Part shown: positions 26,601-39,778 of the stretch, piece by piece
Position numbering within the stretch: the first letter of the stretch is position 1
Layout of the letters: every line of letters starts with the position of its first letter
DNA from: Obrimoposthia wandeli
Lineage: Eukaryota
Length of the DNA: 64,000 bases
Reading direction: 5' to 3'
NCBI GenBank assembly: GCA_977020255.1
Contig: CDROCS010001382.1
Span: 372,001-436,000, forward strand
Notes under the pieces: model-generated
The model's input: the letters and a program-made list of their open reading frames with translations, nothing else
Told to the model about the DNA's origin: nothing
Databases searched by the model: none
Translations under genes and position numbers: made by a program

Positions 26601-29600
26601 TCAACGTATATATAATTATCACATTCTGATTCATTAATTTTAAACACAAATCCCAATAATATTTCAAAACTACTAAAATGTCTTATTTTACTGGGATTTT
26701 AAAGACTGATATTTAAACAAGACAAATAAAATATACCTAAATAAACGTACTTTTAAAATATAAAATATTTCGTGATTTCCTTACAGTTTCTTTTGTATTC
26801 CTTGCTGTATTCACCATTTTTGTTGAAGTGTCAACTACAAATGTAATGCTTTTCGCGTGAATTTATATTTAAGTAAAGAAGTATCGTTCAGGTAGGGATT
26901 ATGCACCAACCTGTAGATGCTTGATAAGCAGGTCGAGATATCTCTCGTGTCGCCCACTTGTGTACAGCTCCAGATTCATGTAGAGTGGTAGCTGCACAAT
27001 ATTGAGCATCTTAGCACTGTCCTCGCCATATTTGGCGATGAGAGCCGGCAAAGTGGGGATGAGTATATCGGTGAGCTTGTTACGCTCTTCTTGGATTGGT
27101 TTGGGTAACTTAGTTCCGGCGCCATGGTGGTGCATAGCGTGCATTGACGGAGGAGGAATCGTCTGGTTGTGATGGTGACTACCAGTGCTACGGCCTACCG
27201 GCGATTCTCCTGTTGCCGCCTGACGCACCGACCAGTACAGGATTTCAAGCAGAGCTGTCTCCTGGCTGGGAGAAAGTGGCGTCTCGCCCTTACCGGGCTC
27301 TTCTAGTAGCAGGTCTGTCATACACTCCCAGTCGCGCACCATGCTCAAATGGTGACCAGTAGCACTGTTGTTGATATTGGTGCTGTGCACGTCCCATAAA
27401 CTGTCCACAAGGTATCCTGCGTGCTCGTGTAGCTCAGACTCAATAAAGAACTGCACAAGATCGCGAACCAGTGGCGTATTTTCACTACGACGCTTTCCTT
27501 TGCGTGACTTCTTTACAGGGGCATCGAGATCTACCTGCATACATGAATACAAATCAATATCAATGTACCGACCGACACAAGATATTTATCAACTGAATAA
27601 GTAAAGTGCTACGCTACCTGGAAGAGCTTGAGAGAAAGGAAATCACCAGCAGCCTGGGCCAGAGAACGATTAGTACAGTATACGAGTTCATAGATGTTTT
27701 CGCAGTCTCTGTCGTCGAGGATAGAATCGTTGTGGCGTAAAATGCAACAAACCACTCTGACAGCCAGAACAGCTACATCAGCCTCCTTGTCCAGAGTCAT
27801 ATCTACCAAACGAGCCTGGAATTAAGAAAACAAAATGATCTAAGATTGTTAGATAACAAAACAAATAGAATTTTAAAAATCATGTTTTTGACTAAATTTC
27901 TGCGTGGAATTAGGTGTTCGATTGTCAGACAAAAATATGTGTACAAAAGTTACTATTTCTCATGATTAATCCATAATATTGATTATTGCTACATAAATTG
28001 ACTTACATTTTACAATCTCTAGGACGATTTTATAATTCATGAAATCAATCACAATGTTCATAAGTTAGAAAATATTGTATGATTAAGAAATTAAACACTA
28101 AGAATTTGTGCAAAGTTTAAAGAATCTTTCAGTTAGAAATTATTTTAAAATTTTTAAAAATAACCCATAAATCAAAAATGCACCTTAAATCTGCTGGTAA
28201 AGAGCTCCAACTTAGAGACAAGCCCAGCTTCTTCGTAGAGAGGCTGCAATGTCCGAAGACATTGAGCGCGAACACTGCCTATGCGGTCATACAATGTCCA
28301 GCCAACATATTTTAGGTACGAGTCGTCGAGGAATATTTCGGGGAGGCGCTGCATCCAGACACCGATTTCTTGCATACATATGCAGCGTATATCGGCCTGT
28401 GAGTCGCGGTACCGATGCACAAAGACGCCTTTGACGAGGAAGGTGAGCATATTGCGCACCTCAGCAACATTGTCGTCTAATTCTCGCTGTCGATTTGTGA
28501 GTAGAGTAAGACGAGCCTGGCTTTGTTGAGGCTTGTTGCGTTCCGCGTCTAATTGACGGCGATTGTTATCCCGGTTAATGCTGATGTTGAGCGCAACGTC
28601 TACTAGAGCAGTCATCAGCTTCATTGAAGCCAGGGTTCCAGTGTGCCTGAAAGCGCGCACCTAAATACAGATATTACCGAGTCATTGTTTTGACAATTCA
28701 GTACAGTTAGGCTTTAATAACATCGGCAAAAGTAGCAAATCAGTTTTAGTAACATAGAATTCTGCATATAGACAAATTTATTTTTGTCAATAGTAACAAT
28801 GCATTTAAGACTTGTATTGGTTGTTTCGAAAAAACTTTGCTGATTCGACGTTGACAAATTTGTAAGGAACGAAAGAAATTTTAGATATTTTAAATAATTT
28901 CATATTGATTTTTAGTTAGACTTATGATTTTTTTAATATAGATATTTTCTTTATATATCACCTTCAACCGAAAATTGTAATAAAAATATCAGGGTGGTAA
29001 TAAATTTAAATAATAATAAAACAAAAATCATAAATTAACAATTTAAAAATTTCAAATTACTATATAAAATTACGATGTTGTACTTGATTCCTACCAAAAT
29101 ATGAATTCGCGTATTAAAAAATTAAAAACTAATTTGTAATAAATTGTATTTTATGGATTTGATTTCCTTTCGTATTTTTTCAAAAATATTATTTTAATAT
29201 ATTTTAACAAATTCAATACAAATGTTTGTAGGCCATAAGAACAGGATGAATCGGCTTTAAAGAATTAAACCTTGGTATCAAACTAACTTTTTAAAATAAT
29301 GATCAGTCACCTGCACTATTTGCAAAGTCGAAGTAATACATTGATATCAGAGCACTTAATTATACTCTATGGTGACTTTATATAGTAATACAACTTTAAA
29401 AGATAATATTTTAAAATATTTTTAGCATGCCCCATTTATAAAACGACAAAAATCAGAGCACTAATCAGCATTTACAGTAATATATCTTAGATTTTTTATA
29501 ATTCTATAAACACACTCTTCTAACTAATTTGGTACAAACGAAACAATTGCAAAGATTTAATATTTGCTTTGAACTTATAATATTATTTAAAACAGTCTCA

Positions 29601-32600
29601 TTTAGAAGAATGATATGTTCTCATCATTTGTATATCAAAGAGGCGTTTTTAGCATGACAGGAATTGGTCTATAGGTACAAAGTACAAACATGATGTATGT
29701 GACGTGTGCGATTAGACACCATTTTTGTTAGATGTGGCCAAATGAATAAATAAAGCAATAAAAACTAACAAAAATTAGTAGTATTTCTTTTAATATACAA
29801 TACATATATAAAAGGTATAAAAAATTAAATATATTTTTCCTTCTGAATTGATATTATATATACACTAACTTTCTTTTAATCTTATTTTCAATAAATAGGA
29901 TGATTTTCTACATTAAGCTCTAACCTGTGAGTCGGTGAGAACAGTCAAAAGGGAAGTTAATTGATCGATCATATGCTGGTCGTAGATAATGCTATATTGA
30001 CACTGCCGAATAAGAACTGTAATAAATTCCACAAAATTGGATCGAAATCGCTTAGCTTGTGGCGTGGTCTGGATCAAGGGGTATTCACAATTATCTTCAT
30101 CGAATTCCTCTGTAAGCTTACGCACGACTTGTGCTAACGACACTTGTGGTGTGAAAATATCTTCTGTGAGTTTGCCTTTGCAGCCGCAGCTCGAGATAAA
30201 CAGCTGCATCAAATCGAGCATGGCTGCGATGCGGTCTGTATTGTAATGCTCAATCCAGTCATCGACGATTGTCTGAATCGGAGCTCGACCGAATCGAACC
30301 GCAGTATACAGATTGTTTTCACTGTCTGAAGATAAGTTGAATTGTTTGTAAACCTCTTGATATTTAGGATAATAAAATTTTAAACTATAATGGGTGAAGT
30401 AATATTGAAATGCTTCATATATAATCAAATTTAGATTATTTTTAAAGGTTGTTTTTAAGCAGCGGTTTTTTTTTGTTTTTTTTTAACTTTGAAAAATTAG
30501 TAACACAATTATATTTATTAATTCAAAAGCTTCTTTTAATAAACAAAATTCTAACTTAAAAAATAGATTCGTAAAATTATTGAACATTACACTTTCGTAC
30601 CATGTGAAAATTATATAAAACTACATGATCTCTACTTTTTTAATCTCTAACTTAAAAAATAGCTTCGTAAAATTATTGAAGATTAGTCATTCATGGGAAT
30701 GTTCAATATTTTATTTGAAGTATCGAAATATTTTTAATGCGACCCTTTTGGAAAATCTGTCAACCCCCTTCGAGGGTCGCCCCCACCCTTTGGAAACAGC
30801 AGATTTAATACATAATGCACTGTTTTTAATATTCCTTTTTGTGGTTCAAATCATAAATTAGTTTCTGAGGTTTTTAATTATATAATGATTTATTATTTAA
30901 TGTATTGATAATAAAAATAATAGCCTTTTCTTTTGTTTTACAAACATAACTTAAATACAGTAAGAAGCCTCTTACCATTTACTGGACCATTGCTAATATT
31001 GTTTTGTGTTGACTGTCGACCTCGGCGTTTTTTAATCACTGGAGGGCCCATGTTGCCCAGATTATCGTCTGTAATCTTATTTTTACTTTGTTCTGTGTGA
31101 TTTATAGTAGCAATATCGAACGGCTTAGCACGATTGTCATAATTGACTTGGTTGTAACCTGTGAAAAATCAAAGATATGTATTATTTATGTAGATTTTTA
31201 ATTATATTTGTAATATTTTAATTAAAAAAGCTGCTTCAAAAAATATATTAACAAATCTGCAATAACTCACCTGTATTCATATTCATTTGCAATCCATAAT
31301 CAACATAAGTTCCTTCATTTATTGGCATCATATTCCCACTTGTATTTTGACTATAGTAACTATTATAATGTGGTGCAGCTAAATTCTAAATAAAATTAAA
31401 AAATTAAACTAAAGTTGTGATTAAAAAACGGAATATTTTATTGCAATATATGATGAACAAAGCAAACTTAATAACATGACAAAATCATTTAGAAATGTAC
31501 TAAAATATAATTTTAAAACATCAAAAATGTTTAGTTATGAATAAATAACATAATCCAATATTTGGAACTAAGCTAAAACTTAAAATTCAATATTTAGATT
31601 TTTTTTCTCTGTATTATTTCTAGGACTAATATCAATTTTAGTTAGGTCTATGGAATCCTACAAAGTTTGGTCACAAACATATCTAATACTTCGTTAAGAT
31701 AATCATTATATTACTGTTATTTGATTGGCATTTATTGGAAATCAAAATTTAGAAATTCAGTTATTTAAAGTATTTTTCCTCAAAAACGTCATATTGCTAA
31801 TTACACTATATAAATTGTTAGTCAATATACATAATTAAAATAACTCTAAAAGAGATACAGTGATTTAAAGATGTTTTTCAAAACTTCATATAGCTAACAA
31901 TTACAATATACAAATAATCAGTAAATATATATGTTGAAACCATTTTTTTAAATCCAGTGATTTAAAGTTGTTTTTCAAAACATTTTACAGCTAACAATTA
32001 CACTATAGTAATTATCAGTCAATATATATGTTTTAAAAAATATTTAAAAGAAATCCAGTGATTGAAAGATTTTTTTTTCCTCATAAACGTCATACTGCTA
32101 ATAACACTATATAAATTGTCATTCAATATACATGTTTAAAAAAACATTTAAAAGAAATCCAGAGATTTATTTTTTTTTCTTAAAAAATGCACTGCTAACA
32201 ATTACACTATACAAAATACATGTTGATTGTCAATAAGAAACATTCTAATATTGTTAAAATGTTATTTACATCTCAATACCATAATAGTATTGAAAATTAA
32301 TAGATTTAAGAAATGAAAGTACAATAATTTTTAAAGATATATCATGGCAACTCTAATTAAGTTTTATCTATATATTTGTTGCAAAAAGTTCGTATATGCC
32401 AGTTTACTCGATAATCTATTATCCATGCAATTTAGAATAAAAATTATATTTAATGTGCAAGACAAAACAAACATTTCATAAACATGCCCATCCGTCGTAT
32501 GCAATCAAATTCTATAGATTTTTCAAACTATTTTTAAAGAATAAAGATAGAAAATCAATATTAAATTATGTGATTCTCGTAACATGTTAATCTTTATAAA

Positions 32601-33326
32601 CCGACTAAGAAAATATATTCTAAAATTATATAGTTCAAATAATAGTCAATTTATAAGTATGATTTCAAGTGCTGACTTAGAAATATTCCCAAACTTACCT
32701 ATGTATTTTGCAATAATATTTAGTGCTATCTGCCCAGTATAATAATTATGATTTATGGTGTATGATAAAAACAGTTAAAACATTTTAATGACTATTAAAG
32801 TTTTATTTGATAAGTAATTAACTGGAATAATCCATAAAAATTATGAGCGCTTTAACTAAACGTATTGGCATATTTCAGTATTAAATATTTATATCTAAAA
32901 TTTGACAACACAAACCATTGTCACATACGACATTCATTACTCTAATTAAATTACAATACATAAATTCCTAAATAACTCATTACCTGAACATGTGGATTGT
33001 TTTCAACATTATTTCCCACTGTATGCTGAAAGGTATTAGAATCTGTAATAATTATCTTAGAATTTGCATCTTCTTTTGCTTTTCTTGACGGTCTAGCAAT
33101 CGCCATAATCTTTTAGATAAAAATAAATATCAAATAATTTTTTTTTTTTTTTTTAATTTTAAATCAGAAAAGAAATGTTTTTAAATTAATATTATATAAT
33201 TCAAAGTTAAACAAATTATTTAAATTAAATCAAATTATTGCTTATCAAAACATCATTCTACGGAATTTTAATGTCTAAATATTTTACCTGATCCATTTGA
33301 ACATTTAAATCCATAGAAGCTGCCAT
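23680..33326 (-). CDS. STAG: Cohesin subunit SA (stromalin/STAG), multi-exon host gene
   Basis: Contains VDDWIE..., [69 protein letters not shown]. Inferred GT-AG exons: 33326-33288, 33109-32984, about 31378-31271, about 31158-30976, 30355-29925, 28660-28184, 27815-27618, 27534-26911, 25833-25465, 25224-23942, 23719-23680. The 5' exons are less certain; a phase mismatch suggests a missing exon between 31.4 and 33.0 kb. Confidence 0.95.
31770..32220. repeat. Degenerate intronic tandem duplication (about 130-bp unit, 3-4 copies)
   Basis: Recurrent atccagtgatttaaag.t.tttttcaaaac...gctaacaattacactata units. Confidence 0.65.
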
Positions 33327-34949
33327 AATAGAATTAAATTTTCAAATGATTTATATAAACACGACAATATTTAAACTAAATGCATTTTCCGTTCTTAATC
33401 TTTTTTTACTTTGTATCATTAAATATATTATAATACGTCATATTGCTAAATCAGTATATTAAAAATAATCATTGATATATAAAATATTAAAATCAAAATA
33501 TTACCTTTTTAAGATTTTTACTTTTTAAATTTATTGAATTTAATTACATAATAGAAATTATGTAACTATTATCACTTTAGCTTATAACAAACTTATTATT
33601 TCACGAATATTTACATATGAATTTTACATTATTTTATTAAAATATTTTATTGTTTATTAAAACTGTTATTATAAAACAATTAGCAACTGTATATTATTCA
33701 AAATATTTTCTTCCACTTTAATATTTTGTGGATTTGTAAGATTAAGGAAAATAGAAATAAGATAAATAAAAACAAATAAAATGTTGACCTTAAAAATCAA
33801 AGATCGAAACAAATTAAAATTAATTTTTTTTAAAATAAATAGATTTTTTGAAACAAATGGAATTAAAAATAAATTGAATGGGTCGTGTGGAAATGTATAT
33901 AAATTAAGTAAAAACAATGTAAAAACGTCCAAAAAGAAGAGAAATCGGGAAAATAATCAATTAAGCTAGGTAAGTTAAATAAGAGGAAGAAGCTATTTGT
34001 GGATAAATTGCGTGGAGAAGTAAATTAATTTTGTTGTGAGAATTGACATTTGCAGTAGTACTTAGTGCCAAGCATAGCACTTAGTGACATGCTCAGATCG
34101 AAGTCAATTAGCCACAGAGAAATTTCGCCTGATCAGCAGGCCAGTCTCATCGCCTCTTGTCTAAAGTAAATTTTAATATATAAGTAAATTACTTTGAAAA
34201 TATTCACAGAAAAAACTCATATCGATCCAAAAGACAGAACAATTGTTGCCTAGTTCAGACGTGATATCAATCAGCAGAAATTATACCAATCGAAAGAGGA
34301 GAGCCTATATTGTTGCATTGAAGCAACTTGAACCAGCAGAGCTCGTACTAAATTACAAACACATAGTGATTTGAATAAAGACAGGTGAGCGAATTCAAAG
34401 CGAATAACAGAAGCGAGTAATTACACGATTGAAGCACGGAACCAGCGCAGCAAAACTTACAATACCTGGTGAGAAAATAAAGAGTAATTACATTAATTTT
34501 GAAAGTATATATAAGTATATATAAAAAGCAACTACACCGATTTTTGAAAATAGCTGTATCGATTTCATAAAAGTATCTTGAGGATCATATATTGTTATCA
34601 TCACCGTTTTTATTACTGTAATTGATTTAGCTAGTTTAAGACGTCCCTACTTGTGTAAAGTATTTGGGCAAGTTTTAGTGTTTTTCGTAAATAAAATATG
34701 TCCTACTAATATACTAGTTGACTGCGGGTCACCACCCACGTAGACGTAAGTACTCCTAATATATCTGTCAGCTGAGGGACAACCACGTGACGGTGTTTCA
34801 AGCACTGGGATATTTGCGGATTGTTGTGTCCCTAAAAACCTCAACATATTAAATTGGGGCTCCAAATGAGGATAGCTCATCGGATACAGCAAATTCACAT
34901 AGAATAAGACAGCAAATTGAGAAAAGGTTATAGAAGAAGAATATATAAA

Positions 34950-35135
34950 TATATTGAATAAGTTTCTCAAATTAATTAATTTGAATAAAGCCGAGTTGTA
35001 AAAGTTCCTCGAAGAGGTAATTGATATAAGTTGTAAAACCGAATTAAAAAACCGAGTTGAAAGAGTTCCTCAAAGAAAAAAATTGAATAAGTTTGATAAA
35101 CCGAGTTGAATAAGTTCCACAAATAGATAAATTGA
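34950..35135. repeat. Degenerate short tandem repeat at the truncated end of Gypsy element A
   Basis: Repeated accgagttg.a.aagttcc.c.aa and aattgaataagttt units. Confidence 0.55.
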
Positions 35136-38100
35136 TATGGTGTTTCTCCTGTGGATGCATGTACTGATGTTCTGTAAGCAAATAAGCATGGTGCATTGTG
35201 TTAATCCCAATCTGTTTGATTGTTATTTGTATATGATGCCATCATATCTTCTAAGGTTCTGTTAAATCTTTCTACTAATCCATCAGTTTGAGGATGGTAT
35301 GGTGTTGTGTTGATCTTTTTTATTTGAAATATTTCAGCAATTGACGCTAGTGCGTTATTTATAAATTCTGGACCTTAGTCCGTCAATAATTTTTGGGGTG
35401 CACCGAAAGTAAATATTATTTTTTCAACTAAAACCTTCGCGATGGTTTCAGCCTTGTGATATACTGTTGGAAAAGCCTCTGGCCATAATCGGAAAATACT
35501 ATTATATATCGATTTCCTCGGGGTGTTTCAGGTAATGGCCCCATTACATCCATGGCAACAGTTTCCATGGGGGCTGATGGATACGGAATTGGTTTTAATG
35601 GTATTTTAGTAGTTCTTAATGTATTTTTCCGTCATAGACATATTTCACAAGTCTGGCACTAATTTTTTACATCTTCTTTCATGTCAATCCAATAGTATTT
35701 TAAGTTTAATCTTGAGTGTGTCTTTTTGGTTGAAAGATGTCCTCCTAAAACTCCGTTATGATATTGAAGGAGTAATTGGCCTTGTATTTCTTTAGGAATA
35801 ACTAGTGAATACAGATTTTATCGTTTAGATAATGTAAAATATTGTTACGGAATTTATAACGAGATTCATGAATTTTTAAATGTTTTCTTAATTTTTCATC
35901 TGTTGGAACTTGATTGATGGTGATGTACTTAATTATTTGTTGTATTTCCGTATCTTTGCTTTGAATATCGGTGATTACTTTTTCATCATATCGAGCCTTG
36001 ATTATTGTAAAAATATTTAATTCGGTGTCATTGGAATTTATTACATTTACTTCTTCTCTTATTCTAGATAGGCAATCTGCGTTGGCATTTGATTTACCTT
36101 TTCTATATTTAATTTCAATATCATATTTTTGTAAAATTAACGCCCATCTCATTAATCTAGATGTCGTATCTTTATGATTTAAAAGCCTTTTTTTACGTCT
36201 TTGATCTGTATAAACATAAACTTTTCGACTTAATAAGTAATGTTTAAAGTGTTCCATAGCAAAGCAAATAGCTAGGCATTCTCTTTCTATTGTTGAGTAA
36301 TTTATTTCATGTTTTTTAAGACTTCGGCTTGCGTAAGCTATTACATGATCTTTTTCAATTTTGTCTTGTTGTCCTAGTACTGCTCCTAACGCATAGCCAC
36401 TTGCGTCAGTCATTACTAAAAATGAATTGTTGAAATTAGGATATCTAAGTATAGGGTTTTCAATCAATTTTTGTTTTAAGTACTCGTATGACTCTTGTTG
36501 TTCCGTTTCCCATTCAAACTTTTCATCCTTTTTAATAAGTTTATTTAACGGTGTCGCTATTTGTGCGAAGTTTCTGATAAATCTGCGATAATATCCTGCA
36601 AGTCCTAAAAATTCTTGTATATTTTTTACTGTTTTTGGGATCGGAAAATTCTTTATTTTTTCTATATTACTTTCATCTGGTTGAATTCCTTTTGCAGACA
36701 CTGAGTGACCTAGATAATTCACTTTGTCTTTCATTCATTCACACTTTTTTGGTTTTAATTTTAAACCTGCTATTTTTAATCTAAGAAATACATTTTCTAA
36801 ATCTTTTAAGTGTTCTTCAAAATTTTTTGAAAAAATAAGAATATCGTCGATATAGACCATGACATGTGGCTCATGCATCTCTGAAATGTTGCTGGAGCAC
36901 CTGTTAATCCAAAAGGTAAAACATTAAATTCGTATAATCCTTCTCCTGTTGAGAATGCTGTTTTTCTTTGTCTGATTCGTCAATCTCTATTTGCCAGTAT
37001 CCCCTTTGTAAATCTAAGGTTGTAATTATTTTTGCATTTTTTAGTTTATCCAAGATTTCATCGATTCTTGGGAGCGGATATGTGTCTTTTTGTATAACCT
37101 CGTTTAATTTTCTGTAATCTACGCAAAATCTTAGTGAACCATCTTTCTTTTTTACTAAAACAACTGAAGATGTCCATGCTGAAAAACTTCTTCTTATGAT
37201 TTTATTCTCTAACATTCCTTCTACCTGTCTTTGAGCTTCTTCTCTGTAAGCGTATGGGATACGGTAAGGTCGTTGTTTAATTGCTGTATTAATAGTTAAA
37301 GGAAGATTATGTTTAATTAAATCTTTTCGTCCAAGGTCATATTCATTTTTTGCAAAAATTACGTCATATTTTTCTATTAATGATTTTAGTTTTGATTTCT
37401 CATAATCATTTAATTTAATATTTTCAAATTTTACAGTGGAATTGTCTTCTATTTTTTCATTATTAATTAATTCTATATTTTCTATAACACTTATTTTTCC
37501 AAGGCGCATTCCTTCTTTTAGATGAATCTCGTTTATGTCTGCATTTAGTAATCTGATTGGTATTGTATTATTTTTTATTTTACAAATTATATTTGGTAGA
37601 ACGTAATTTAGTGTTTCTTGTTGATATTTATAAGGTTCGAATAATATGTCTTTTTCTGTAATTATGTTAGTTTCTAGTTGTAATATTGTTTCTGTTCTAG
37701 GTTGAAGGATGATGTCTCCTTTTATTTCTAATTCGTATTCGCTTTTAGCGTTTGATCTGTAAATGTCTTTAATTTGATTTTTCTCGAAGTCAAAATGAAA
37801 TTTTTTTCGTATTTTCTTTATGTATCTATTCCAATTATCATCTGGCATGGACAATTTTTCATTATTCTAGTAGGTATTTTTATAAATTTATCTCCTATTT
37901 TAAAAATGCAATCTAATTTACCAATAATATTTACGGGTTGACCGTTTGCTGCTGTTATTTGACTATTATCTCTGAGAAGTAGTAATATTTGGTGTGATTT
38001 TAAAAAAGACTCGTCCAAAACTGTTACTCTTGATCCTGTGTCAATTAGAGCTTTTAATTTGTACTCATTTATTTCAACTTTTACATAAGGTCGTCTATCA

Positions 38101-39778
38101 TTATCCATTTGATTTATAGTATATATTGTTGGTTCAGTTGATTTTTGAACTATTATTTCTTCTTTATATCTTTCTAAATCGGGGTATTGTGCAGATTCTG
38201 TATTCTCTTTATTTTTATTGTCTACCATCTTCTGTAAATTTTTTTTCTCGCATTTCGTTCGATAATGCTTTCACTGTATTTTGATGATGGTTAAATATAA
38301 GAAATTTTGCTAAAAATAGAAAACATCCCAAAATTAGTTTCCATTTTAATCCACCAACTTTATAAATGTAATATGTAGATAAAATTTGACTCAAAAGGAT
38401 CTTAAAGCATATAAGTAGTGCATATATTCCTACAAGTCCAGAAAATGCTTGACCAAAAATTAAAAATTTTCCCATATTTTTGATATTGTATTTTGTGTAT
38501 CTTTTATAAAATGATTTGGAGAAAGTAATAAATCCTAATCAGGACGGCCAATTCCGCCTGGTACTGATCTTTCAATAATTTGTGTTAAAATTCGTGATCT
38601 AATTTGAGGAAATAAAATTTATTTTCTTAATTTATCTATGTCTTCTTGTATGTATATGCCTTTTGTATTTAGTTCATTGTCTGATTTTATTTCTATGTCG
38701 TTATTGAGGTTGGTTAATTGTAATTTTAATGGTTGAGCAACTATGTCTCTCCTTGAGAGTGATATCCAAATATCTTTTGAGATTTGATAATGAGGTGCCA
38801 TTATGTTTGAGCAATTCATTTCCTTTATACTGAATGTATTAAAAAGTATTATTCTACAAATAATGAATGATTTTTGTATGAAATTGGTAATTCTTTAGTG
38901 CATTTATTATGATTTCATATATTAACTATTACTTTTTTACATTGATAAGTATATAGCACTTATCCCATTACTCTTCCAAAATTACCATCAGCTAGCGGTA
39001 ATAATGGTGTTATTAATTCTGGATTTGTAGCAATAATTGCCAATTTTGTTTTCAAATTTTTTTGGTTTAATTTACAGTCATTCATTATTGTTTCTCTATA
39101 AATTGCTTCTATTGTCATTAATCCTTTGTGATAAAAATAATCTAATTTATTATTAAAATAATCGTAATTTTTTATGTTAAATTTTGTTGGTGTCGTTTTT
39201 GCATTATATATTTTTTCTTTACTTAAATATATTCCTTTATAATTAGTTGTATAAATAGAGTGTCCACATCGGGATTCCTCTTTCTTTTTAATAAATCGCA
39301 TTCCAGAACCTTGTTCTGTTGACATTAAAATAGTTGGGGTTGATGTTTTTTGAATTTTTCTTGTCCTATATTTTTTATGTATATCTTTTGGCACTCTTTG
39401 ATCAAGTTCCGAGTCATCTTTAAATCTTTGACCTTGAATTATTTGAAAATTTTCAGATTTAAGGAGTATTAATTTACATTGGTCTGTTTTTAACTTATAA
39501 TATAAAATTGAGGATCCTGTATTGCAATGATCTATATTTGCTTCGCAAAATGGCATAGTTACCATATTATTTGTAGATGGGTCAAATGTTGCCTTGAACG
39601 TTCTGAGTTCTACCTCAAAGTTTTTTATAACGACTAAGCCACTTTGTTTGACTCCCATCACAACGTATGTACCTGTTGTACATGCACCGTCAGATTTTAT
39701 TGTTCCTACTACTGTAATCATTTGTTGTATAATTTTATTTTTTACTGCTCGTACTTTAATTTCTCTATCTATTCTTAG
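35135..39778 (-). mobile_element. Gypsy-type retroelement A with a glycoprotein (env-like) gene directly upstream of PR-RT-RH-IN; no gag or LTR visible
   Basis: Env-like 39778-38215, PR 38228-37818 (KALIDTGS), RT 37300-36500 ([19 protein letters not shown]), RNase H (TDASGYALGAVL, ERECLAI), integrase 35800-35135 (HLSTKKT..RLKLKYYW, VAMDVMGP). Contains frameshifts. Confidence 0.92.
38215..39778 (-). pseudogene. Chuvirus-like/herpes gB-like (class III) envelope glycoprotein with C-terminal TM region, 5'-truncated
   Basis: GTIKSDGACTTG; RCGHSIYTTNYKGIYL; YFNNKLDYFY; DCKLN..NLKTKLAI..TNPE; GNFGRVMG; GIY..EDI..LR..ILFP; TM FLIFGQAFSGLVGIY...YYIYKVGGLKWKLILG. Confidence 0.8.

Noticed and set aside
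33700-34640. Possible LTR of Gypsy element A or a solo LTR
   Set aside because: There is no second copy, PBS or PPT in the window, so boundaries cannot be set.
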